Assembly (NCBI GenBank): GCA_041613315.1
Contig: JBFJHJ010000024.1
Location: forward strand, 1 to 48,920
DNA: 48,920 bases
Origin: Gemmatimonadales bacterium
Lineage (GTDB): Bacteria; Gemmatimonadota; Gemmatimonadetes; Gemmatimonadales; GWC2-71-9
Direction: 5' to 3'
The translations under genes were made by a program, and so were the position numbers. Within the stretch, counting starts at the first letter, position 1, and every line of letters begins with the position of its first letter. This document shows, piece by piece, positions 18,245 to 28,787 of the stretch. The notes beneath the pieces are model-generated. The model ran no database searches. It had not been told where the DNA came from and saw only the letters and a program-made list of their open reading frames with translations.

Positions 18245-19180
18245 TTAATGACTAGCGGCGCCGCCATAGCGTGTCAACGCGGCCTGCGCGCTGGCCAAGT
18301 CCTTGTCGAGTTGCTCCTTGAGCGCGGCCGGCGACGGGAAGGCCTGCACGTCCCGCAACCGCGCGATCCAGGACAGCTTGATCGCTCGGTCGTACAGATC
18401 CACGTCCACGTCGAAGAGGTGCGCTTCGAGCGATCGCTCCGCCTCGCCGAAGGTCGGGCGCGGTCCTTGATGCATCATGCCGCCGGCGCTCCCGGTCGCC
18501 CACTCCACGCGGACCGCGTAGACGCCGTCCGGCGGCAACAGCTTGCGGCGGTCCGGCAGGCGCAGGTTCACGGTGCGGTACCCGACCTCCCGGCCACGTC
18601 CCGCGCCCGGCACCACCGGTGCGGTGAGCGAGTAGGGTCGGCCCAGCAGTCGGCGGGCGGTGTCCAAGTCGCCACCGGCCACCGCGCGCCGGACGAGCGT
18701 GGACGAGACCGGCCGGCCGTCGAGGTCCACCTCCGCCACCACGTCCACCGCGAACCCCAGCCGCGCGCCCAGTGTGCGGAGCAGCGCCACGTCGCCGGCC
18801 CGGTTCCGCCCGAACCCGTGATCGTACCCGATCACGAGCTCTTGCAGCCGGTACCGGTCGAGGAGCAGGCGAACGAAGGCTTCGGGCGAGTACTGTGACA
18901 ACTCACGCGTGAACGTCATGAAGATCGCGGCATCCAGCTCGCTCTGGGCCAGTACCTCGCGCCGCTCCGCCGCGAGCGTGAGGAGAGGGGGGGCCGCCTG
19001 TGGGTTCACGACTTCCAGGGGGTGCGGCTCGAAGGTCACCAGGACGCTGCGGCGGTTCGCGCGGCGCGCCCGGCGCGCGATCTCCTCGAGCACCTGGCGG
19101 TGTCCCAGGTGGACGCCGTCGAAGGTCCCTACGGTGAGTACCGTGCCCCGGCCGTCGTCCGGGAACGGCGACCCACTCAT
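18245..19180 (-). CDS. ribF: Bifunctional riboflavin kinase/FAD synthetase
   Basis: GTFDGVHLGH, TFEPHP, SSTLVR, GR.VGYRTVN, LEAHLFD; ATG overlaps the truB stop. Confidence 0.95.
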   Translation of the reverse strand: MSGSPFPDDGRGTVLTVGTFDGVHLGHRQVLEEIARRARRANRRSVLVTFEPHPLEVVNPQAAPPLLTLAAERREVLAQSELDAAIFMTFTRELSQYSPEAFVRLLLDRYRLQELVIGYDHGFGRNRAGDVALLRTLGARLGFAVDVVAEVDLDGRPVSSTLVRRAVAGGDLDTARRLLGRPYSLTAPVVPGAGRGREVGYRTVNLRLPDRRKLLPPDGVYAVRVEWATGSAGGMMHQGPRPTFGEAERSLEAHLFDVDVDLYDRAIKLSWIARLRDVQAFPSPAALKEQLDKDLASAQAALTRYGGAASH

Positions 19181-20034
19181 CCCGCAAGCACCACCCGCGG
19201 TTTGAGCTGGCCGTCCGCGGGCTCCGCTACGGCCAGGAGGGCCCCGTCGGCGGTCAGCGCAACCGGTCCGTCCGCCTGGGCCGGCGCGGGGATCGAACGA
19301 CCGTGCGCCACCAGTGTGCGGGTCGCCTCGTCGAGCTCCAGGCGCGGGAGATGCGCCACGGCGTCGATCGGGGGGCGAGGGGGCGGTGCGCCCGCCTCCA
19401 GCGCGGCGAGCGGTAGCGCCTCGTCCACCGTGAACGGGCCGATGGCGGTGCGCCGCAGTTCCTTTAGATGGGCCCCGCATCCGAGCCGCGCGCCCAGGTC
19501 GCGGGCGAGCGCGCGCACGTACGTGCCACTCGACACCTCAGTCGCGAAGTCGAGTCGGGCGCCGGTCCGCCCAATGAGGTCGAACCGCCGCACCACGACC
19601 GTCTGTGGCGTCAGCTCGACAGGCTCCCCGCGGCGCGCCAGGCGGTATGCGCGCTCCCCGCCGCGCTTCTTGGCCGAGAAGGGGGGCGGCCGCTGCTCGT
19701 AGCGCCCGGTGAGCGAGAGCAGGGCGGCGCGAAGCGCGGCGTCGTCCATGTCCCGCCAGGAATCGCTCGTCTCGCACACCCTCCCGGTGCGGTCGTCGGT
19801 ATCGGTCACTTGGCCGAGGGTGATGACGCCCGTGTACTGCTTGGGCAGGTCCGCGAGGAACCGGGCCAACCGGGTGGCCCGTCCGAGCAGGACGATCAAG
19901 AGGCCGGTCGCGAACGGGTCGAGCGTGCCGGCGTGGCCGGCGCGACGCACCTGCACGGAGCGCCGCACGTTGGCTACCACGTCGTGGGACGTCGGACCTG
20001 TCGGTTTGTCGATCAGATAGAAGCCGTCCGTCAG
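19177..20034 (-). CDS. truB: tRNA pseudouridine(55) synthase, probable CTG start
   Basis: GHAGTLDPFATG, FSAKK.GG..AY, SGTYVRALARD; the N-terminal GFYLIDKPTGPTSHDVV motif lies upstream of the track start (19980). Confidence 0.92.
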   Translation of the reverse strand: MTDGFYLIDKPTGPTSHDVVANVRRSVQVRRAGHAGTLDPFATGLLIVLLGRATRLARFLADLPKQYTGVITLGQVTDTDDRTGRVCETSDSWRDMDDAALRAALLSLTGRYEQRPPPFSAKKRGGERAYRLARRGEPVELTPQTVVVRRFDLIGRTGARLDFATEVSSGTYVRALARDLGARLGCGAHLKELRRTAIGPFTVDEALPLAALEAGAPPPRPPIDAVAHLPRLELDEATRTLVAHGRSIPAPAQADGPVALTADGALLAVAEPADGQLKPRVVLAG

Positions 20035-20387
20035 GACTCCGCCTCGTCCTTGAGCTGCGACAGGATCTCGTCGATGCGCGCCGCGTGTTCGAGACCGCGG
20101 TCCAGCACGAAGTGCAACTCAGGTACGGCACGCAGCGTCAGCACGCGCGCCAGCCGCGTGCGCAGAAAGCCGCGCGCGCTTTCCAAGCCCTCCATGGCGC
20201 GTCCTTTCTGCGCGTCGTCGCCCATCACGCTCACGCGGACCGTCGCGTGGGTGCAGTCCGGGGAGACGGTGACGCCGGTGATCGTGGCGAAGCCCACTCG
20301 AGGGTCCTTCAACGCCGTTGTCAGCGCGTCAGCGAGCTGCTCCTGGACGAGCGCCGCGACGCGCTCGGGACGGTGTCGGTCGGTCAT
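20031..20387 (-). CDS. rbfA: Ribosome-binding factor A
   Basis: KDPRVG, V.VSPD..HA.V, GFLR, PELHFVLD; position after infB. Confidence 0.92.
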   Translation of the reverse strand: MTDRHRPERVAALVQEQLADALTTALKDPRVGFATITGVTVSPDCTHATVRVSVMGDDAQKGRAMEGLESARGFLRTRLARVLTLRAVPELHFVLDRGLEHAARIDEILSQLKDEAES

Positions 20388-20665
20388 AGGAAACTGGTGG
20401 CGGAGTCGATGATGCGGGCGTGGCCGTTCTCAGCGACGAGCCGGTCTGCGGCGCTCAACACCGATGACGCCTGGCGGCGGTCGGTCGCCACGACGCAGCA
20501 CGCCAGCTCCGCTCGCTGCCACAGCTCCTGATGGTTGGTCTCGGCCACGGAGACGTTGTACCGCTGATGGAGCCGGTCCTTCAGGCTCTTCACGACCCGT
20601 CGCTTGTCCTTGAGGGAGCGGCACCCCTCGAGGTGCAGCTCCCAGGTGACGATGCCGACGACCAC
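20384..20665 (-). CDS. DUF503 (YlxP) family protein
   Basis: SLKDKRRVVKSL, YNVSVAE, QELWQR; conserved position between infB and rbfA. Confidence 0.85.
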   Translation of the reverse strand: MVVGIVTWELHLEGCRSLKDKRRVVKSLKDRLHQRYNVSVAETNHQELWQRAELACCVVATDRRQASSVLSAADRLVAENGHARIIDSATSFL

Positions 20666-20666
20666 G

Positions 20667-23339
20667 TCAGGAGTCTTTGCCCGAGCTGACCGTTTCCAGG
20701 GAGCGCGCGACCTCTTCGATCTGGTAGGCCTCCAGGACGTCCCCGACTTTCACGTCGTTGAAGTTCTCGACACCGATGCCGCACTCGAGTCCTTCTTTCA
20801 CCTCGCGGACGTCGTCCTTGAACCGCTTGAGGCTGCCGATGTTGCCGTCGTACACCTCGACGGCGTCGCGGATCACCCGCATCTTCGCCCCCCGGCGGAT
20901 GACGCCGTGGCGCACGTAGCAGCCGGCGATGGTCCCGGTGCCGGAGATCTTGAACGTCTCGCGGACTTCCGCCTCGCCGAACACGACCTCCCGCTCCTCA
21001 GGCGCCAGCATGCCCTCGAGCGCCGCGCGCACGTCTTCGACCGCTTCGTAGATCACTCGATAGGTCCGGATGTCGACCTTCTCCCGCTCCGCCGTCGCGC
21101 GGGCGTTCGCATCCGGCCGGACGTGGAAGCCGACGATGATGGCCTCCGAGGCTTTGGCGAGGAGGACGTCGCTCTCCGTGATAGCGCCGACACCGCGATG
21201 AATGACCTCCACGCGGACCTCGTCGGTGGACTGCTGCGCGAAGGCGTCGGCGAGCGCTTCGGCCGGGCCGCCCTGGTCGGCCTTGATGATGATCCTGAGC
21301 GACTGGACCGCGCCCTCTTCGATCTGCTTCGAGAGGTCTTCGAGCGAGACGCCCCTGAGGCTGCGCCGATGTGACGCCTCACGGTCCAACCGCTGACGCT
21401 TCTGCGCGATCTCCCGGGCATCGGTGCCTTCGGGCACCGCCATGAACGTGTCGCCCGCCTGGGCGATGCCGTCGAAGCCCAAGACCTGCGTGGGGATGGA
21501 CGGACCCACCGCGTCCACCCGCTGCCCCCGCTCGTCGAACATCGCCCGCACGCGTCCCGCCAGATTCCCGGCGATGAAGTCCTGCCCGACCCTGAGCGTC
21601 CCGGTCTGCACCAAGACCGTGGCCACGGAACCCTTGCCCGGGTCGAGCGTGCTCTCGACGACCGTGCCCCGGGCGAGCCGGTCGGGGTTCGCCTTCTTGT
21701 CCAGGACGTCCGCCTGCAGGAGGATCTTGTCGAGCAGCTCGTCCACGCCCTGCCCGCTCTTCGCCGAGATGGGCTGGGCGAGCACGTCGCCCCCGAACTC
21801 CTCGAGCACGACCGCCTGCTGCAGGAGGTCCCGCTTGACCTTCTCCACGTTCGCCGCCGGCAGATCGATCTTGTTGATCGCCACCACGAGCGGGACGCCC
21901 GCGTTCTTGGCGTGGCTGATCGCCTCGATGGTCTGCGGCATCACTTGGTCGTCGGCGGCCACGACGAGGACCACGATATCGGTGATCTGCGCGCCTCGGG
22001 CCCGCATCGCCGTAAAGGCCTGGTGGCCCGGAGTGTCCAGGAAGGTGATCCCCTTCCCGTTCGGCAGCACCAGATGGTACGCGCCGATGTGTTGCGTGAT
22101 GCTGCCGGACTCGCCCGCGATCACGTTCGTCTTCCGGATGTAGTCGAGGAGCGAGGTCTTCCCGTGGTCCACGTGGCCCATGACGGTGACGACCGGCGGC
22201 CGCGGGACCAGATCTTCGGGCTGGTCGGTCTCCTCGTGGGTCAAGGCCTGGTCTGGGACGTACTCCTCTTCGCGGACCGCCTTGAAGCCGAACTCGCCCG
22301 CGATCAGATCGATCTGGTCGAAGTCGAGCCGTTGATTCACCGTCACCATCATCCCCAGCTCTTTGAAGCAGAAGGTGACGATGTCGGTCGGCGCCACGCT
22401 CAGGACGCCGGCCAGCTCGGAGACCGTGATGAACTCGTTGACTCGGACCAGTGTCTTTTCGCGCTCCAGCTCTTCCGCGCGGCGCTGTTCGGCAACCTCG
22501 CGGGCGCTGGGCTCGTCATCCCGGCGCCGAGAGGTCTTCCGCGGCCCCGGGCCCTTGATGGATGCGAGGGTGCGGCTGATGTTCGCCTGCACGGCCTCCC
22601 GGTCCACCTGCGAGCGCTTGCCCTTGCGGCGCCGTTTCTTGTCGCGCCGCCGCTCGTCGGCGACTTCGCCCGGTGCCGCGGACGCGACCGGACGCGGCGC
22701 GGCCGACGCGACGGGCCGCGCCCGCGTGGGCGACGACGTGCGTTCCACGCGTTTGGGAATGAAGGGCTCCGGACGTTCCGGGGCGACCGGTGCGGGGGGC
22801 GCCGCGGGCCGCTCCGCTCGCTCCACGGGGGCTCCGGTCGCGGCAGCCGCCGGGCGCTGCGCCGTCTCTTCGGCGGGCGCCGGAACGTCGGCGGCGGGCG
22901 TGTCGCGGAAGAGCGCTGCGGCCCGTTCCTCGATCGAGGGCTTTCCATCGGGTACGCGCTCTTCCGGGCGAGCTTCCTCGGCCGCCTTCGCCGCCTCCTC
23001 GGCCGCCAGCCGGGCTTCTTCTTCCACCGCCGCCTTCACGGCCACCTCGGCCGCGGTGCGCCGGCGCCGCCGAGGCCGCGCGTCGGCTGACTTCGGCGCG
23101 GGCGCCTCCGCCTTCTTACTCCGGCTCTTCTTCGCGCGGCGGCCGCCCCGCTTCGCGTCCGCGTCGTTGCCACGCCGCTTGTCGCGCTCCCAGCGCGCGC
23201 GCACGAGGGCCACCTGGCCGTCGTCCAAGCCGGACAGATGGCTCCGAACGTGAATGTCCATATCGGCGAGCAGCTGGATCAGCTGCCCGCTCTCGACACC
23301 AAACTCCGCCGCGAGATCGTGGATCCGCGTCTTGCCCAC
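20667..23339 (-). CDS. infB: Translation initiation factor IF-2
   Basis: [49 protein letters not shown] start after GGAGG. Confidence 0.97.
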   Translation of the reverse strand: MGKTRIHDLAAEFGVESGQLIQLLADMDIHVRSHLSGLDDGQVALVRARWERDKRRGNDADAKRGGRRAKKSRSKKAEAPAPKSADARPRRRRRTAAEVAVKAAVEEEARLAAEEAAKAAEEARPEERVPDGKPSIEERAAALFRDTPAADVPAPAEETAQRPAAAATGAPVERAERPAAPPAPVAPERPEPFIPKRVERTSSPTRARPVASAAPRPVASAAPGEVADERRRDKKRRRKGKRSQVDREAVQANISRTLASIKGPGPRKTSRRRDDEPSAREVAEQRRAEELEREKTLVRVNEFITVSELAGVLSVAPTDIVTFCFKELGMMVTVNQRLDFDQIDLIAGEFGFKAVREEEYVPDQALTHEETDQPEDLVPRPPVVTVMGHVDHGKTSLLDYIRKTNVIAGESGSITQHIGAYHLVLPNGKGITFLDTPGHQAFTAMRARGAQITDIVVLVVAADDQVMPQTIEAISHAKNAGVPLVVAINKIDLPAANVEKVKRDLLQQAVVLEEFGGDVLAQPISAKSGQGVDELLDKILLQADVLDKKANPDRLARGTVVESTLDPGKGSVATVLVQTGTLRVGQDFIAGNLAGRVRAMFDERGQRVDAVGPSIPTQVLGFDGIAQAGDTFMAVPEGTDAREIAQKRQRLDREASHRRSLRGVSLEDLSKQIEEGAVQSLRIIIKADQGGPAEALADAFAQQSTDEVRVEVIHRGVGAITESDVLLAKASEAIIVGFHVRPDANARATAEREKVDIRTYRVIYEAVEDVRAALEGMLAPEEREVVFGEAEVRETFKISGTGTIAGCYVRHGVIRRGAKMRVIRDAVEVYDGNIGSLKRFKDDVREVKEGLECGIGVENFNDVKVGDVLEAYQIEEVARSLETVSSGKDS

Positions 23340-23349
23340 TGCCTGCCTC

Positions 23350-23664
23350 CTAAGGCTCCATCTGCCGCCGGCCCCCGGCGATCCCCGCCGCCAGCCGCGC
23401 ATCCCGCACGCCCACCGCTTGCACCGCGCCGCGCCCGAGGCGCCGGCCCAGCGCGAGGTCCGTGGGCCCCTCCATCACGGTCACGCCCGTCCCTCGGGCG
23501 AGCCGTACCACTTTCTGTTCCGTCCGCGCGCTGCGGTTCGCCGCCACCACCACCAGCGCCACCTCGCCCCGCTGCAATGCCGCCCGCACGCCGCTCGAGC
23601 CGATGGCGAGCGTTCCGGCGCGAGCGCCCAGTCCCAGAAGCCCAAGCTGGGCATCGGACATCAC
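23350..23664 (-). CDS. L7Ae/L30e family RNA-binding protein (YlxQ-like)
   Basis: LGLLGLGARAG.L..G, LGRRLGR..V..VGV.D..LA; between nusA and infB. Confidence 0.85.
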   Translation of the reverse strand: MMSDAQLGLLGLGARAGTLAIGSSGVRAALQRGEVALVVVAANRSARTEQKVVRLARGTGVTVMEGPTDLALGRRLGRGAVQAVGVRDARLAAGIAGGRRQMEP

Positions 23665-25046
23665 GCCGCGGGCGTCGGCTCCGACTCGGCGTCCCGGTTT
23701 TCCGCGCCCGCCGCCGCTTGGGTGTCCGTGGGCGTCGCGGACTCCGACTCCGTGTTCTCCTCCGTGAGCTCGCCCAGGAACGCCATCAGAACGTCGGCCT
23801 GATCGGGCACCATCCCCTCGATCTTCAGCACGTCGTCCCGCTCAAGGTCGAGAATGTCCCGCAACGTCTTGAGGCCCGCCGCCTCGAGGGTAGCCAGCAG
23901 GTCCGCCGGCAGCCCCTTCAGCTCGTTGAGCGTCACGTCGGCCGCCAACTCGTCCTCCGGCGGGAGCGGCGCGAAGAGCGGTCCCTCCCCGCCCCGCTCG
24001 AGCCATTCGCGGCTCGAGTAGAGATCGATCTTCCAGCCGGTCAGTTCCGACGCGAGCCGCACATTCTGCCCGTTGCGCCCGATCGCGAGGGAGAGCTGGT
24101 CTTCGTCCACGATCGCCTGGATCGTGCGGGTCGGCTGATCGGAGAACACCCGGGCGACCCGGGCCGGCGCGAGGGCCAGCTTGGCGAACCGCTCGGGGTC
24201 CGACGACCACGGCACGATGTCGATGCGCTCGCCCCCCAGCTCGTTCACCACGGCCTGCACGCGACTCCCCTTCATGCCGACGCAGGCGCCCACGGGGTCG
24301 ATCGAGTCGTCGCGGCTGATCACGGCGATCTTCGTGCGGCTCCCCACTTCGCGGGCGGCCGCGCGAATCTCCACGATGCCCTGCTGGATCTCCGGCACCT
24401 CGAGCTTGAACAGCGCCTGTACGAACAGCGGGTCCCCGCGTGACAGGATGAGCCGCGGCCCCTTCGGAGTCTCCTCGAGCCGCTTCAAGACCGCCCGCAT
24501 GGCGTCCCCCTGGTGAAACCGCTCCCGCGGGTTCTGCTCCCGATAGGGAATGACGGCCTCGGCTTCCCGGAACTTGTTCAACATGATGACCAAGCGGCCG
24601 CGCTCGATCTGCTGGACCTCCCCCGACACCAGCTCCCCCACGCGGTCGCCGAACTCGTCCCGGATCCGGGCGCGCTCGCCCTCGCGCACACGCTGGATGA
24701 TGCGCTGCTTCGCGGCCTGCACGGCCAGACGGCCGAAGGCCTCGAACGGCACTTCCTCTTCGAGGACGTCGCCGACCTGAAAATCCGGGTCCTCCCAGCG
24801 CGCCTCTTCGAGGCTGATCTGGGCGCTGGGGTCCTCGACCGCCTCCACCACGCTCCGGAGCACGGTCGTCTGAATGGTCCCCTTGAGATCGTCGATCTCG
24901 ATCTCGGGGCGCACATTGGGACCGAACCGCTTCACCAGGGCGGCGTGGATGCCGTCTCGCAGCAGATCGAGCAACTCCTCCCGATCCAGCTGCTTCAGAT
25001 TGCCCAGCTCGCGGAGCGCCGCCAGCAGGTCGGCGGAACTCGTCAT
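23661..25046 (-). CDS. nusA: Transcription termination factor NusA
   Basis: FGRLAVQAAKQ, EVPEI, G.RTKIAV, DPVGACVG.KGSRV, SLAIGRNGQNVRLA. Confidence 0.96.
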   Translation of the reverse strand: MTSSADLLAALRELGNLKQLDREELLDLLRDGIHAALVKRFGPNVRPEIEIDDLKGTIQTTVLRSVVEAVEDPSAQISLEEARWEDPDFQVGDVLEEEVPFEAFGRLAVQAAKQRIIQRVREGERARIRDEFGDRVGELVSGEVQQIERGRLVIMLNKFREAEAVIPYREQNPRERFHQGDAMRAVLKRLEETPKGPRLILSRGDPLFVQALFKLEVPEIQQGIVEIRAAAREVGSRTKIAVISRDDSIDPVGACVGMKGSRVQAVVNELGGERIDIVPWSSDPERFAKLALAPARVARVFSDQPTRTIQAIVDEDQLSLAIGRNGQNVRLASELTGWKIDLYSSREWLERGGEGPLFAPLPPEDELAADVTLNELKGLPADLLATLEAAGLKTLRDILDLERDDVLKIEGMVPDQADVLMAFLGELTEENTESESATPTDTQAAAGAENRDAESEPTPAA

Positions 25047-25072
25047 GCGCACTCCTTCGGTCTGCACGTCAT

Positions 25073-25579
25073 CTACGGTCGCTCTTTGGACCGAGCGCTC
25101 TCGATATCGGACCAATCCACCACCAGGGTCGCGTCGCGCGCTTCCTCGAATGGGACGCTCAGCGTCTCCTCGGCCCCGGCCGGGCGCAGCACCACCGCGG
25201 TCCGGTCGGGGACGAGCCCCATGATCGTGGCCCGCAGCCGCCCCCGTCCCGCGACGCGAACGTGCACGTCGTGGCCGGTGTATCGCTCCCAGTGCTCCGG
25301 CCAGCGAACCGGCCGCTCAATACCCGGCGACGAGACTTCGAGCGCGTAGCGCGGCCCGAGCGCGTCGGTCTCGTCCAGCCAGCGTTCGAGCGCCCGGCTC
25401 ACGGTGGCACACTCTTCCACCGTAATCCCGTGGCCCGGGGTTGCGTCCGGCCGGTCGATCCGCACCTTCAGCACGACGCGCTGTCGAGTGCCGCGCTGCC
25501 GCAGGTCGACCAACTCGTATCCCAACCCCGCGACGCGTCCGCGGATCTCCGCCGTGAGTCGTGCCTGCTGCTCGTCCAT
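25073..25579 (-). CDS. rimP: Ribosome maturation factor RimP
   Basis: GITVEEC..VSR, YALEVSSPGIERP; ATG at 25579 preceded by GAGG. Confidence 0.92.
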   Translation of the reverse strand: MDEQQARLTAEIRGRVAGLGYELVDLRQRGTRQRVVLKVRIDRPDATPGHGITVEECATVSRALERWLDETDALGPRYALEVSSPGIERPVRWPEHWERYTGHDVHVRVAGRGRLRATIMGLVPDRTAVVLRPAGAEETLSVPFEEARDATLVVDWSDIESARSKERP

Positions 25580-25585
25580 GCCCTC

Positions 25586-25613
25586 AAAAAAAACGCGGGC
25601 CGACGACGCCCGC
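25586..25613 (-). terminator. rimP leader terminator-like hairpin
   Basis: GCGGGC-GTCGTCG-GCCCGC-G-T8 ending 6 nt before the rimP ATG. Confidence 0.75.
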
Positions 25614-25714
25614 ACCACACAGCTTGATCGCTGCCCACGCGACGGTGCCTTACCGCCAGCGCACGTGCCCCACCCCTCGGCCCGGCTGGAATGTACGCCC
25701 TGGGGACGACTGGT

Positions 25715-26482
25715 TCAAGGCAGGGGCCGGCCCAGGTAGGCGACCATGCGGCCGTCGGCGCCCCCGGAGCCGCGGTGAGAATAGAAGCGATCCCGGTCGT
25801 GGGCCGTGCACCAGGTGCTTGCCGAGATGCGCCGGATGCCCTGGTCCGCCCCCCGCCCCGCCAGGACGCCGCGAAGGTCCAGCCCCTCCGGCTCCGCCAC
25901 CTGGCGGCCCGTCACGGCCTCGACGACTTCAGGTCCCACTTCATAGCACGATGCGCAAATAGCTACGCCGCAATGCATTACGAGTTCTTCCACGCTCCCC
26001 TGCGCAACCTCGCACACCCGTTCGATCCCGGCTTCGAGCACCCCAGCCGCCACGCCCCGCCACCCCGCATGCAGGAGCCCCAGGACCCTGCTGGCCGGAT
26101 GGGCGAGGTAAACCGGCACACAGTCCGCGACGGTGACGGCCAGCGCCAGCCCTCGAACCCCGGTCACGTGCCCATCCATGCCGTCGCGCACCAGCAGGCC
26201 GTGTGGCGCGGCCTCGTGGGTGTGGAGCGCGGCCCCGTGCACCTGGCGGCTCACGGCCATCCCGAGGAACCCCGGACCGAGGGAGTCCTGGAGGTGGCGC
26301 CACCGCTGCAAGAGGGGCGCGGTCGGGGCGTCCGGCGGGAGGCCGAGGTCGAAGCCGCCGTCGCGTCCCGTGACGCCCGCCGCGAGGCCGAATTCGCGGC
26401 GCCACGCCTCCAGCTCGTACCGCGGGGCCAGCCGATCTGTCCGTCGGGTTTCCGTAGCCGCACGTGCGGCAATGCGAGTCAT
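25715..26482 (-). CDS. pgeF: YfiH/PgeF (laccase-domain) family protein
   Basis: [25 protein letters not shown]....FYSHR, GRM. Confidence 0.88.
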   Translation of the reverse strand: MTRIAARAATETRRTDRLAPRYELEAWRREFGLAAGVTGRDGGFDLGLPPDAPTAPLLQRWRHLQDSLGPGFLGMAVSRQVHGAALHTHEAAPHGLLVRDGMDGHVTGVRGLALAVTVADCVPVYLAHPASRVLGLLHAGWRGVAAGVLEAGIERVCEVAQGSVEELVMHCGVAICASCYEVGPEVVEAVTGRQVAEPEGLDLRGVLAGRGADQGIRRISASTWCTAHDRDRFYSHRGSGGADGRMVAYLGRPLP

Positions 26483-27771
26483 CGCGCCGGTCCGTCGATC
26501 CGCTCGATCGTGGCGCCCAGGCGTCGGAGCCGCTCGTCGATCCGCTCGTAGCCGCGGTCGATCTGCCCAATGTTGTGAATGACGCTCTCCCCTTCGGCGG
26601 CGAGGGCCGCGAGCAAGATCGCCATCCCGGCCCGGATGTCGGGGCTTTCCACGGTGCCGCCCCGCAAGGACGACGGACCGGAGATCACCGCCCGGTGGGG
26701 ATCGCACAGGAGGAGCCGTGCGCCCATGCCGATGAGCTTGTCGACGAAGAACAAGCGGGACTCGAACATCTTCTCGAACACCAGCACCAGGCCATCGCAC
26801 TGCGTCGCGGTCACGACAATGATGGATGTGAGATCCGCGGGGAACGCCGGCCACGGGCCGTCCTCGATCTTCGGGATATGCCCGCCGACATCGGGCTTGA
26901 TCCGCCGCTCTTGGTTCGCGGCGACCATCAGTCGGGTGCCGTCGAAGCGCGGCCGCACCCCCAGGCGGTCGAAGTTGAGCAGGATACTCCGGAGGTCTTC
27001 CGGGCGCGTCCCCTCGATCGCGATCTCGCCATTGGTCACGGCCGCGAGGCCGATGAAGCTCCCGATCTCGACGTGGTCGGGACCGATCTCGAGCTGGGCG
27101 CCCCGCAGCGGTGCACGGCCCTGGACGGTGAGGACGTTCGTGCCGATCCCGTCGATGTGGGCCCCCATCGCGGCGAGTGCCCGGGCGAGGTCCTGCACGT
27201 GGGGCTCCGACGCCGCATTGCGCAGGATCGTGTGGCCCTCCGCCCGCGTGGCGGCCATCAAAGCGTTCTCGGTGGCCGTGACGCTCGGCTCGTCCAGGAA
27301 GATGTCGTTACCCCGCAGGGCCTTGGCTTCGAGCTGGTAGTCGCTGCCGATCGTCACCTCGGCGCCGAGGCGCTCAAACGCGAGAAAATGCGTGTCCAGC
27401 CGGCGCCGGCCGATGACGTCGCCCCCGGGGGGCGGGAGGGTGACGGCGCCGAAGCGGGCCAGGAGCGGTCCGGCGAGCAGAATGGAGGCCCGGATGCGGG
27501 TGGTGAGCGCCGCGTCGATCCGCTTGGGCCGGACGGCGGCCGCATCCACCGTGACGGTGTGATCGCCGGTCCACGTGACGGCGGCGCCCAAATCGGCCAG
27601 CAGTTCCAGCATCGTCTCGACGTCGCGGATGCGAGGGACGTTCCGCACCTCGCACGGCCCGTCCGCCAACAGAGTGGCGGCGAGGATAGGGAGCGCCGCA
27701 TTCTTGTTACCCGCCGGCCGCAGCGTGCCCCGCAGTGGGGTACCGCCGTTGACGCGAAAGGCCTCGCTCAT
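26479..27771 (-). CDS. murA: UDP-N-acetylglucosamine 1-carboxyvinyltransferase (Asp-type)
   Basis: [54 protein letters not shown]. Confidence 0.95.
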   Translation of the reverse strand: MSEAFRVNGGTPLRGTLRPAGNKNAALPILAATLLADGPCEVRNVPRIRDVETMLELLADLGAAVTWTGDHTVTVDAAAVRPKRIDAALTTRIRASILLAGPLLARFGAVTLPPPGGDVIGRRRLDTHFLAFERLGAEVTIGSDYQLEAKALRGNDIFLDEPSVTATENALMAATRAEGHTILRNAASEPHVQDLARALAAMGAHIDGIGTNVLTVQGRAPLRGAQLEIGPDHVEIGSFIGLAAVTNGEIAIEGTRPEDLRSILLNFDRLGVRPRFDGTRLMVAANQERRIKPDVGGHIPKIEDGPWPAFPADLTSIIVVTATQCDGLVLVFEKMFESRLFFVDKLIGMGARLLLCDPHRAVISGPSSLRGGTVESPDIRAGMAILLAALAAEGESVIHNIGQIDRGYERIDERLRRLGATIERIDGPAR

Positions 27772-27780
27772 CGTGGGCCA

Positions 27781-27810
27781 ACCATAGGGGCCGGCGCCGG
27801 GGGGGCGCAA
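27781..27810 (-). promoter_or_regulatory. Putative murA promoter TTGCGC-N18-TATGGT
   Basis: -10 at 27781-27786, 9 nt before the murA ATG. Confidence 0.45.
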
Positions 27811-27816
27811 GCGGGA

Positions 27817-27845
27817 TTGACACCCCGCCCACCCTCCGGGAACTT
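27817..27845 (+). promoter_or_regulatory. Putative promoter TTGACA-N17-GAACTT
   Basis: Perfect -35 upstream of the P-II-like gene; weak -10. Confidence 0.4.
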
Positions 27846-27908
27846 TGGAGACGGCGTTTCGTCCTTCGTTGTCCCCAACCCGACACGCGGAACTGCGCTC
27901 CGAACGGT

Positions 27909-28277
27909 ATGGAACTGCTGGTTTGCGTCGTCAACCAGGAAGAGAAGCTCAACGACATCCTCTCGGGGTTCCTCGAGCTCGGGGTCACCGGGGCGACCGT
28001 GATCAACAGTGAGGGCATGGGACGCGTGCTCACGCAGGAGGTCCCGATCTTCGCGGGCCTCCAGGACCTGATCTCGCGGTCCCGGCCGCAGAACTCGACG
28101 GTCTTTTCGGTGATCGAGACACCGGAGAAGCTGGAGGCCGCGGTTGCGATGATCCAGGAAGTGTGCGGCAGCCTCGACGATCCGGCGACGGGGATCCTGT
28201 TCACCGTACCGGTGGGTCGGGTGATCGGCTTGGCGCCCGAGCTGGGGAGTGACAGCGCGGACGGGGCAGCGCGTTAG
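27909..28277 (+). CDS. P-II-like signalling protein (non-canonical)
   Basis: [14 protein letters not shown] and [11 protein letters not shown] match the P-II fold; the GlnB uridylylation Tyr is absent. Confidence 0.75.
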   Translation: MELLVCVVNQEEKLNDILSGFLELGVTGATVINSEGMGRVLTQEVPIFAGLQDLISRSRPQNSTVFSVIETPEKLEAAVAMIQEVCGSLDDPATGILFTVPVGRVIGLAPELGSDSADGAAR

Positions 28278-28337
28278 GTTTCACGAGCGGGGCAACGAGG
28301 CTGGCAGGGCGAGGCCCAACCAGGGGAGAGGCTTGCG

Positions 28338-28784
28338 ATGACTTGGGCGGTGGCGGTGAGTGCGATCGGGACGGCCGTAATCGCCGTGGTGCTCCTCGTG
28401 TGCGGAGTGGTGTGGCTCCGCTGGCTGTCGGAGCTGCGGCAGCTCGCCGTGTCGGTCGAGCGGCTGGTCGATGTCCTCGACCGGGACGCGCGGCCGGCGC
28501 TCCAGGCGGCGCGCACGCTCGCCGAGGATGCGAACCGGATGGTCACCGCGGTCAAGACGGAAGTGGACGGGTTCGCGGGCACCGCGAGGGATCTGCGGAA
28601 GCGGGTGTCCCGGGCGGCGCGCTCGGCCGACGATCGGCTGCGCGACCTCGAGGCGCTGTTGGACGTGGTCCAGTACGAAGTGGAAGAGACCGCGCTCGAC
28701 GTCGCGGCGGCGCTGCGCACGACGCGACGCGGCGCGTCGATATTGGGCGCCATGAAGCGCGCTTTCGCCGGTCGAGGACGGTAG
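28338..28784 (+). CDS. DUF948-like membrane-anchored coiled-coil protein
   Basis: N-terminal TM helix then a long amphipathic helical region; SD GGAG upstream. Confidence 0.6.
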   Translation: MTWAVAVSAIGTAVIAVVLLVCGVVWLRWLSELRQLAVSVERLVDVLDRDARPALQAARTLAEDANRMVTAVKTEVDGFAGTARDLRKRVSRAARSADDRLRDLEALLDVVQYEVEETALDVAAALRTTRRGASILGAMKRAFAGRGR

Positions 28785-28787
28785 CGG

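Noticed and set aside
22660..22730. Short tandem repeat in infB (RPVASAAP twice)
   Set aside because: It lies in the low-complexity IF-2 N-terminal linker, which is normal.
23350..23700. No ylxR/rnpM gene between nusA and the L7Ae gene
   Set aside because: Variation in this operon is common and not informative alone.
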